In this document: positions 23,148-32,497 of the stretch, one piece after another
How positions within the stretch are numbered: position 1 is the stretch's first letter
Layout: each line of letters opens with the position of its first letter
Assembly: GCF_000315625.1 (NCBI RefSeq)
Contig: NW_005434588.1
Coordinates: 288,133 to 326,044 of the forward strand
DNA from: Guillardia theta CCMP2712
Taxonomy: Eukaryota > Protista > Cryptophyta
Length of the DNA: 37,912 nt
Reading direction: 5' to 3'
Program-made: the position numbers and the translations under genes
The notes under the pieces: model-generated
The model's database searches: none
Seen by the model: only the letters and a program-made list of their open reading frames with translations
What the model was told of the DNA's origin: nothing

Positions 23148-24678
23148 AGCTCTTAGCTTGTCTGAGCGTGTAATTTTGTAGTCCTCACATGGTCTCCATT
23201 GATTTTTTTGAAGTTGTAAATTATTGTTGGCGTCAAACCTGAGTTGTGCTGCTCTCCCATTCCCCCGCCTTATCTGCTACATCCTCTTTACGCTCCATCC
23301 ATGTACCCTGCCGATCCTCCACACATGACTAGCATCTCCATCTCACCCGCACTGATGCATACATTCAGAGATTACTCTTACGACATCGCTTCATTATCTT
23401 TCCAGCACCATCACAAGATCCTGAACATAGCACGAATGCTGTTTATCACTGCCTCTGACTCCGACAGCTCAGGGTCTACCGTCTTCATGTGCGACATGGG
23501 GCCGTGCAGCAGCTTCGCCACGATCCCCTTGGTCAGCCTCTCCACCGTCTCTCGCTCCTGCGCGCTCAGCCCCGACAGCTTCCGCTCGTACTTGAGCATC
23601 TCGGCTATCCTAATCTCCTCCGCCCTGCTCCTCAGCCTTGCGATCATGGGGACGTTGTCAAGGGAATGGCACCATTCCTTGAACGACTGAACCTCGTCCT
23701 GCATCAGCTCCTCCGCCTCCAGCACCAGCCGCTGCCTCCTCGCCTGGTTCGCCGCAACCACGGCCTTGAGATCGTCCACGTTGTACGCCTTCACGCCCTC
23801 GACCTTGTTCGCCCCGACGTCGTCGATGTTCCTCGGCACGCTGATGTCCACCAGCATCGCGCCTCGCTGCATCGCGCCCTCGAGGTTCTCCTGGTACAGG
23901 ATCGGCTCCATCGCCCCCGTGCACGCGAACGTCACGTGCGACGTCCCGACCATCTCCAGCATCGAGTCCATGAGCGCCGTCTTGATGTTCGCGTCCGGAA
24001 ACATCGACGCCAGGTTGTCCGCCCCCTGCTGTGATCGGTTCACGATGGTGATGCTCTTCACGTTGCGGGGCAGCAGGTGCTGCACCAGCAGCCTCGCCAT
24101 CTTCCCGGCCCCGAGGATACAGATGTCCAGCTGGTCCATGTCAAGGTCCAGGTCCTGCAGGCAGTTCTTCTCCACCAGCTCCACCGCCGCAGACGAGATC
24201 GACACTCCTCCTCGCGCGATCCCCGTCTCCGACCTCACCCGCTTTCCTGCCGACACCGCCGTGTTGAGCATGCGCGTCAGCACCTTCCCCGCCGCTCCCT
24301 GCTTCTCCGTCGCGATCTCGTAGCACCGCTTCATCTGCGACAGGATCTGCCCCTCCCCGATCACCAGGGAGTCCAGCCCTCCCGCCACCCGCAGCGCATG
24401 CCACACCGCGTCGTCCTCGCTGAGCATGAAGAGCGAGCTCCTCAGCTCCTTCATCGACACCCCGCGGGTCGTGCTCAGGTACTCCGTCACCTCCCTGATC
24501 CCGGCGTGCACGTCGTTGGTGACAAAGTAGATCTCGAAGCGGTTGCACGTAGAGAGGACGGCAGCCTCCTTGAGCGACGGGAGCGCGGCGATGGCGCGAC
24601 CGACGCTCTGCCAGTTGTGCTCCTGCACGGCCAACTTCTCGCGGACCTCGACGGTAGCTGTCTTGTGGCTGAGACCGA
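21886..24678. repeat. 1.19-kb inverted repeat formed by the two hemA cores (21886-23075 / 23489-24678)
   Basis: Arms are collinear without indels (coordinate sum 46564 at both ends) and near-identical except for a diverged patch at ~22860-22967. Confidence 0.95.
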
Positions 24679-25086
24679 TGGCGGCAATTTGCATCCTATT
24701 CCTCTCCTGCCGCTTCGTCACAGGAGGAGGACACGCCTTCGTGTCGACTTGCAAGTCTCGTGGAGGCTCCTGCCTCATGCTCGCAGCCTCCTGCTTCCTC
24801 TGCCCCTCGGGCGGGTGGGCTGACTTGCTCAACAGTGTCTTCTTGGAGGGGAACGCGATGACCTGCCGCTAGTTCAGCCATGTCCTCCTCTACCGGATCA
24901 TCTTCACCATCTGGATCGACGGGCAGACCTTGAGCAACGATCTCTTGCTGCCTGGCAGTGGCAGCGGCCTGTGACGAAGTCGCTTCAGTCTTCAGAGAGA
25001 GGAGCGGGAGGTGAAAACCTTGGTGAGAACGCCATGAGCTGGCGCATGGAGAGGAATGCGAAGATGAGGAACCATTTCCTCTTCAT
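23411..25086 (-). CDS. hemA: Glutamyl-tRNA reductase, plastid-targeted, copy 2 (3 exons)
   Basis: ATG 25086 gives MKRKWFLIFAFLSMRQLMA|FSP. Two short introns with the same phases (2, 0) as copy 1 lead into the 23411-24832 ORF, with all catalytic motifs intact. Confidence 0.93.
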
Positions 25087-25744
25087 GGTGGAGAGACCTG
25101 AGGCGCCTTGTCAGCAGCGCATCTAGAAGTGATCCATCGCATCGAACATGCCAGTCTCTAACGATGAGGATATCTGACAACCAGAAGAAAAGTTCGTCTC
25201 CTCAAATCCAATCAGACTGCTCCACGACAATCCTTTTCATCCCAGTATTTTCTCCTAACCCGCACATCTCCTGGTACTCTTCTGCTTGACCTCCCTCTCT
25301 GCCCTCCTCAATTCCGGTTGAACTCAACCTCGTCTCTAATCTTCTTCCCCTAACTTCCCTCATCCTTCTGAGCTGTAAGGTTCTCCCTACACCCTCCTCC
25401 TATCCTGTTCCCCTGTTCCTCTTCTTCTCCCTTCCTCTTCCTCCTCTTCTCCCTTCCTCTTCCTCCTCCCATATCCTCCTCCCCCTTCCGCCATCTTCGC
25501 AACGGAGGGTCGCAAGGGGGAGTTGAGTCTATGTATTAGTATTTTAACAGATGTACCATAGAGCGAAAAACATAAGTATAGTATTTTTAAAAAGTACTTG
25601 TGAATATAAATTAATTTAGGTTTGTACCGTGAGGCCTCCTCCCCATGAAAGTGTCTCTATTTATACCTCTTCCAAGAATGGAGGCAGCGCTGCAACCCAA
25701 ATTGACTAAAACAATCATGAGCGAGTCTGCCTCATTCAAATCAC

Positions 25745-25915
25745 TGAAACTCCGGGCCCGGGCCCGATCGGACCGTCCGGCGAGCCCGCCGCCGCCTGGC
25801 TCCGCCGGGCAACTTTCAAGGCCCGGACTGTCCCGACCCTGCGGGCACTGAACTTAGCTGACTCGGCGGCCCGGCGGCGAGTCACTACTGATGGCATCAT
25901 GGCATCGGCAAGTTT
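25745..25915. other. Short micro-palindrome block upstream of hemA copy 2
   Basis: ccgggcccgggcccgatcggaccgtccgg, gactcggc, gagtcact and ttcaaggcc words. Confidence 0.55.
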
Positions 25916-26019
25916 CCATTCATTACTGACAATAGAGTGCTAGAGTACAGGAGGAGCATCGATGATCCGACCAGGTCGGACGTTCACTGACATGGCGGGC
26001 AATCATCGGATGAAGGCCG

Positions 26020-29000
26020 TCAGTGCTGGCCCATCTCCTTGCGGAGCTGGTGGACCTCCCAGCGCATCTGACGGAGCTCAGAGAGGAACTTGCTCAAGTC
26101 GACCTCGGCGCCTTCCTGCGGGAGAGAGGGTGAGAGGAGGCGAGTGGGAACAGGCGGCAGCGGCAGCGGCAACAAGCAGCAGCAGCAGCAGGACAAGGAC
26201 GAGGAGTACGGTACAACAGCAGCTCAGGAGAAGAATGAGCAGTAAGCAGCAGGACAAGGAGGAGGAGGGAGTGGGAGGAGAGGAGCGGTAGGTGGAGAGG
26301 GGGAGGGAGGGTGGGAGGACCTCCGCGCTTGATGTCTTGGCCTTGGTCGAGGCCTGCATGCTCGACCAGATCTTGAGCGCATCTCCCATGGGGATCTGGA
26401 GGCGAGAGAGCATGTCGTTCCTGGACATGAGGAAGAAAGCCTCGTCGTCGATGTTCTGATCGTGAAACTTCTGCATGTGATAGCTCATGTTGAGCTCCGA
26501 GAGCGTCTTGAAGATGTGCTCGCACCTCGTCTGATCCAGCCCCTCCACCATGAAGTCCCCGTTGCCCTCTAGCCCCTTGTCATCCCGCATACTTCCCTGC
26601 GTCTTCATCCTCATCCCCGCCAGCGTCTTGTCCGCCTTCTTCTTGATGAAGATGACGTCTTCTACGGACTGCATCCCAATGATAATGCGCGTCTTGCCGA
26701 TGGTCGGGCTCGTGATGGGGAGGACGCAGCCGCCCTTGCCGAAGGAGAAGCCGTTGCTCAAGCCGATGTTGATGATGGAGGGCTGAAAGAACGAGTTGGG
26801 ATCCAGCTGGCCGAGAGTAGAGAAGGAGCTGGCGGTCAGGGAGGAGAGGTTGTCGAACACGTACAGAAGCATCCCCTTGGAGTTGAGCGTGAAGGAAAAC
26901 TTCCTCCACTGCCCGAAGTCGTCGTGCTCCTGCTTCAACACCCCCAGCGGCCTGTCTTCATGGCAGAGTAGCCAACCACGGTGAACCTCAAGGGCCTCCG
27001 ACGTCTTCCCCGCGGAAGGAGTGCGCTTGAAAGGATGCGCAGCCCGGAGGATGCTCTCCTGCTGCTTGCGGACAGCCCCGACAAACTCTTCCTTCTCCCC
27101 AGCGGTGTTGAACTCCACGTCGAGACTCGTCTGGGAGGAGGAGAAGTAGATTCTCAACGCCGAGCTCTTGTTCCATACGTTCTCTAGCCCAGTCACTGTC
27201 GTGATCGGGGAGCTCTTAGCAGTACTGTTGGGCTTCTTGGAAGGGATCTTGTTCCCGCTGGCGTCTGTCTCTACGCTGTCGTCCTGGGACAGGCTGCCTG
27301 CGGTGAGGTCGAGGACGAGCCTCTTGTAGCCGGACTCCAGGAGGTTTAGCTTCTTCTTGACCAGCCAGACCATAAGCCGGGAGTCGTCCTGCTCCTGGGG
27401 TTTGAAGCTCTCCAACCTCTGATGCTTGATCCTCTCCGACTCCCTCTGCTCGCTCTGCGCCAAGAGCAGCTCGTGGCGCTCGAGCAGATCGTTCTTCATC
27501 TCTGTCAGCATGCGATCGATGGTGCCGAAACCTCTCTCGGACCTCTGAGACAGCTTCTTGGTCACGTGGTTGTTGATCCCGAAGCGAGCAGCCCGCAAGG
27601 AGCAGAACTGGAAGAGCTTGTCATAAAAGGCCGAGAACATCTCCTTGATGTCCAGGACGCTGGCGTACGTGAGGATGAAGCAAGAGACTTCGGTATTGGC
27701 GGTAGCGTCCTCCGCATGGTGACGGCAGATCTCGGGGAAGAGAGTCATCTCGCCGAAGAACGCTTCCTGCCCTCCCTTCTCTGCCGTCCGAAGGCGCATG
27801 AAAGACTCCGAGGAGTAGATAGACTCTCCCGTCTCGTTCACGTACTCCTCCAACCTCATCCCGTGCAGGTTCACCATCCCCTCAGTGATGAAGTACATCT
27901 CCCCGCCCTCGTCTCCCCTAAGGTAGATGCTGTCCGCCCTCCTGTACACCATGGGCTGCAGCCTGACGTAGATCTCCCCGATGACCTCGGGGTCAAGGTT
28001 GAACAACAGGGGGATTTTCTTCTCTGCCTCTGACCCCAGGTGCTTCAACGTCATCCTCCTCAGCTGCCTGGGGAACGTGTTGAGCAGCTCCATCTCCGTG
28101 AAGAGCTCTCCGCTGCGTCTCCAGCACCCTCCAAAGTAAGCTGTCACACGCCGCTTCAGGTCAGGCCTGGCAAGGCGGAAGTCGAGGTACTCAGAAACAG
28201 TCCGCAGCTTGTCCTCGAACCTCAGGCGGGCCCCCTGGGCTTGCGAGAGAAGGGTAGTGATGTTTCCCATGGCAAACCCAAAGATCACCACCCCCGTCAG
28301 CGCCACAAACACACTGTAAATCCTCTCCTCGTGTGTTACGGGGAGGACGTCGCCGTACCCGAGGGTACTGACCGTGGCCAGCGCCCAGTACAGGCAGAGG
28401 ACGTACTTTTCGATGTCGGAGCCATGATCGGCAATCTCTGGGTTGTAAGCTCGCATCCAGTTGTCGGCTGATGCGGGATCAATCATCATCACAAACATGC
28501 AGCCCAGGAAATGTGCAGAGAAGACCATCAAGAAGATGGAGCGGAAGATCTTGAGAACGGTCCTGAGAGACCCGGACCTGTCCTTCTCTTCCAGCTGCGA
28601 CAGCTTGTTCAGGAATCTCACAGCTCGCACCATCTTCAGGATACGGATGAACTTGAGGACACGCAGCGTCGGAGCAAGGTTGTCGCCCGAGGACGCCGCA
28701 GTCACAATCTTATCAAAGGGAACGCTGCCAGGCAGATCAATCCAGAACCATCCCCGCAGGTAGTTCCTAGCGATCATCCACATGTTGGTAGTGTAAACTC
28801 CTTGATGCGTGTAAGCAGTACAGAAGGAGAGTATAACATCCGCACAGAAGATCACATCCAAGCACAAGTCCCAGATCTGGTATGGCGTCATGGGACCCTT
28901 GATAGGATCTGAACCGAAAGCGAGGAGCAACGGAACAGCAAACGTGGTGTACAGGAGCAGAAACATGACAACCAAGTCCCACGACTGCTTGCTCAGGGAA

Positions 29001-29911
29001 TCGGGATCGAAAGGAAACAGAGGGTTGTTCGTCGGCTGAGTCTGAGCTCCTTCGTTTCTTTCCCGGAAAACTATCTTGACCAGGTCAGAAAATGTCAGCC
29101 TCAGTTCTTCCGACTCCTTGCTTTGCTTGGAATGCTTGTCCACGAACACCTTCAGCCTGACTCTCCCTGATATCAATTCTTGCTTCTTCGAGTACGTGTT
29201 CGAATGTTCGAGATAGTACCACTTGTCCGTGACTTCGTCGTACTCTGGGCCCTCCAGGTTTAGCGTCACGCAACCCATGAAATCCTTGGCATTCCCGAGC
29301 ACAGAGAAGTCGTGGTCCCACACAACAACATCCAGCTTGTTGCAAGGATTGCTCATCTCATCCTCCAGGGTCAACGTCTCATCCCAGACAGGGTCCAACG
29401 TCTCTGTGCATACTTTGGTCTTGAGGACACGAGATCCGAAGTGGAGCTCCACGAAGGGGTCAGACTTGCCGTTCTTGTCTCGGGCAGCAAGGCTCTCGGC
29501 CTGGACCACAGTGACAGTGATCTGGCGAGTGTTGATGATTCTCTCGATGGTCTCCGCTATGTTACAGTCACGAGGGATGAATCCAAGGCCAGAAAGAAGC
29601 TCCCGGGCATCGTCGACGAGGATCGAAGAGTCTACGGGCTGTGCCCCGTCGTTTCCACCCTGCGCTTTCAGATGCTTCATGAATGCATCTTTGAGCTCTG
29701 CAAGCTCGTCTGGCGCAAAGAAGTATCCGTACTTCTTCTGCATGTCCTTGAGCTCTCTGTCATCTATGGAACGCGTCGTAACTTCCTCTGGACCGGAGTG
29801 GCCGTTGGCAGAGGACTCTTTCCTGGCGAAACCATTCTCGTCAAATACTGCCTCCTCCTGCGCCCAAGTCATCTCAGCTGTAGCTGAGACTTCCGTTTGA
29901 TGGCCGTTCAT
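26020..29911 (-). CDS. Voltage-gated K+/CNBD-family channel (~1228 aa): EF-hand-like lobe + C2 + 6TM + CNBD + SAM + coiled coil
   Basis: Exon 29911-26321, intron 26320-26116, terminal exon 26115-26020 (EGAEVDLSKFLSELRQMRWEVHQLRKEMGQH*). WD..LLYT S1 start, S4 LRVLKFIRILKMVRAVRFL, filter STLGYGD, C-linker, EMYFI..G..FFGEM CNBD, SAM-like MQKFHDQNIDDEAFFLMSRNDML..LQIPMGDALKI. Confidence 0.93.
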
Positions 29912-30369
29912 GCTCGTAAGGCCCTCAGCACGTTGCTTTCAATCCGCAAGACGCAACCGTGTCGAGAATGACCTGTACCTTGAGTCGTAAGTCAACAACA
30001 GAATCAACAACAGAGTCTCGAGCATTCAGAGAAATTTCATGTAAAGAAAATCAAAACAGATGGTCTGTGTGTTGTGATCAACATGATTAATTAATGTATT
30101 CGTGAGTGTTGAAAGCGTTTCTATTCCAACACGGTGGAAGCTGTTGAAACGACTAGCTTGCAAGAAGCAACGAAACAGTAAGAGGAGGGAGGCAAGGAAG
30201 AGCAGGAAGAGCAGGGAGAGCAGGGAGAGGGAATACAAAGAAACTTGAAAAACGAATGAACGCAGCAATCACAAGGACGACAGGACCAAGAAGATATTAA
30301 CCAGCTAAAGCAGCTCGGGATTGAATGGAAGACGGTTGAAGCTGCAACGAAGAGCAGAGGGAACAAGAA

Positions 30370-30905
30370 AGGAGGAGGAGGTGGTGGTGGAGGAGGAGGA
30401 GGAGGAGGAGAGGGGGAGAGGAGGAGGACGAGGAGGACGAGGAGGACGAGGACGAGGACGAGGAGGACGAGGACGAGGACGAGGAGGACGAGGACGAGAA
30501 CAAGAACGAGAAAGAGGACGAGGATGACGAGGAGGACGAGGACAAGAACAAAGACGACCAGGGCGAGGATGAGGAGGAGGATGATGACTTAGAAGGCGAG
30601 GATGAGGAGGAGGACGAGGACAGAAGGAGGAAGAAAAGGACAGGAGGAGGACGAGGAGGACAGGAGGAGGAAGAAAAGGACAGGAGGAGGAAGAGGAGGA
30701 CAGAAGGAGGAAGAAAAGGACAGGAGGAGGAAGAGGAGGACAGAAGGAGGAAGAAAAGGACAGGAGGAGGAAGAGGAGGACAGAAGGAGGAAGAAAAGGA
30801 CAGGAGGAGGAAGAGGAGGACAGGAGGAGGAAGGAAGAGGAGGACAGAAGGAGGAAGAAAAGGACAGGAGGAGGAGGAGGAGGACAGGAGGAGGAAGAGG
30901 AGGAG
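30370..30905. repeat. Purine-rich micro/minisatellite; 20-bp units CAGAAGGAGGAAGAAAAGGA / CAGGAGGAGGAAGAGGAGGA at ~30621-30900
   Basis: 20-nt periodicity is visible directly, preceded by (GGA/CGA)n runs. Confidence 0.9.
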
Positions 30906-31009
30906 TCAGCTACTAGTCATTGCCGCCATCGTGACGGTCATTGCCGCCATCGTGACGGCAGTGACGGCTGGGAAAAACAACATTTTTATGGTTTTCTTGC
31001 GCGAGGTGA

Positions 31010-31910
31010 GTGTAGACCGAAGGGTAGGGGTACATTGGTAGGGGTTGTTTATAGGTGAAAAGTAGGGGTATTTCACCATGACGTCAGCTTGTTTCTCGGT
31101 GGGGTACAGACTGTGCGGCGCTGCTAATCAAGAGCAGGGGGTGGGGGTATCTACCCTACCCCACCTTGCTCGTGGCTCATTGTCATTGTTACTACCTACC
31201 CCCTTGAAATCGAACCAGGTACCTCTAGGAGAGTTCCAACATTGCCTCAGACCCTCTTCCAGTTCGAACCTAATCCCCACCCTACCCCACCCTTCAATTC
31301 CCCAATTCGGCATCGTGCCAACTGGGGAGAAGGTAGGGGTCAATTCGCGACAGCTAGGGGTAGGGATCCTGGTTGACTTTTTTTTTGTAAGGTTGAGGCG
31401 GCAAGTGGGGTGACTTTCGGAATTGGGGGTAGGGCACTTGAATGACCACCGGTAGTTCAACTCACGGGTACCCCTTCGGTACAGTTTTTAACATTTCTAC
31501 GGTAGGAGGGGGTCAGGGCCATGTTCGATGGTCGGGCGACCAGCTGAGGCCAGTGGCATGGGAAAGGGTAAGTGATTTCCTATGTGCCACCATATGTAAA
31601 AGAGCTGAAGGTCCTTGGTCCCAGGGGAACCTCCCAGTGGGGTTCAGTGGTGCAATACCGTGGCAGGGTCAGCCCGCTGCCACAGATATGGCCTGCGGGA
31701 CCTGAGCCCGTCTAGGGGTGGGGTGGTATCATATAATGTTGTATCCGCATTTGTAAACTTTCCCAATCATGCCGCGGGACCGTACGGTACCGGCGGGGGT
31801 GGGGGGCTCCGAGACCCACTGGCCTAACTCAAAAGGGTGGGATCTTGACGGGATTTTGAGGGGTGATGAGGGTCAGTAGGCTACATATTGGGGGTGGGGG
31901 TACCTGGACG
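31010..31910. other. GGGTA/GGGTG/TACCC-rich intergenic block
   Basis: Same word composition as the other such blocks; lies between the divergent channel and EML genes. Confidence 0.6.
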
Positions 31911-32460
31911 GTCTGAGCAGGCGCGGTGACCGACCTCCGGAAAATTGAAGAGCCTGAGAATGAGGGCGATGAAGGCCGCCGGTAGCTAGCAGTAACTTAA
32001 CTTTGAGTGAATTAAGTGGTACCGTGGTACAGTAAGAGTCCCAGGCCGAGTCTGAGGCCGGCGGGAGTCCTTCCGAACTTCAAACTCAGTCGAAGTCACC
32101 GAAGTTCTGACTCGATGATGAACTGAAACGCCTGTGCGACAGTGTCAGGTCAAGCCTCCTCGACTCTCCTGATTGTCCTCGTACTGATTTTTGACTTAAC
32201 TTTGAGTAAAAGAACGGTTCCGGGGGCGGGACTCAGCCTGACTCTTCGCCGGGCCGACTCCGACGCGGCGGCGCGCCGGGCCGGGGGGGAATGGTCCCCC
32301 GGTGGAGGCGCCTGACGCGGCGCGCACTGCGGCGATCCGGGACTCGGGGAACTTCCGAGTTCGGAACCGTCTGAGTCACTCTTGCGACTTGTCACGAGTC
32401 AAACATACTATATATGATAACTTCGGAACTTCACTGCCGGTCCCTAAAACTTTGAGCCTG
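31910..32460. other. Micro-palindrome block with two copies of the dispersed motif, upstream of the EML gene
   Basis: taacttaactttgagt at 31993-32008, longest motif copy at 32148-32211, dense GASTC/CCSGG words. Confidence 0.7.
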
Positions 32461-32497
32461 TTGTAAACTTTCAAACTTTCAAAATCGGAACGAAAAG

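Noticed and set aside
21564-24823. Long antisense/alternate-frame ORFs (503, 248, 214, 185 aa) over hemA
   Set aside because: Shadow ORFs caused by high GC3 in the hemA genes.
26078-26320. C-terminal ~80 aa of the 1277-aa ORF (LLLLLVAAAAA, apparent TM helix)
   Set aside because: Low-complexity intron read-through; GT-AG splicing 26320-26116 gives a better coiled-coil terminus.
30602-30916. Regular 20-bp repeats as a CRISPR array or R/G/E-rich protein
   Set aside because: No unique spacers, eukaryotic context and no cas genes; it is a purine minisatellite.
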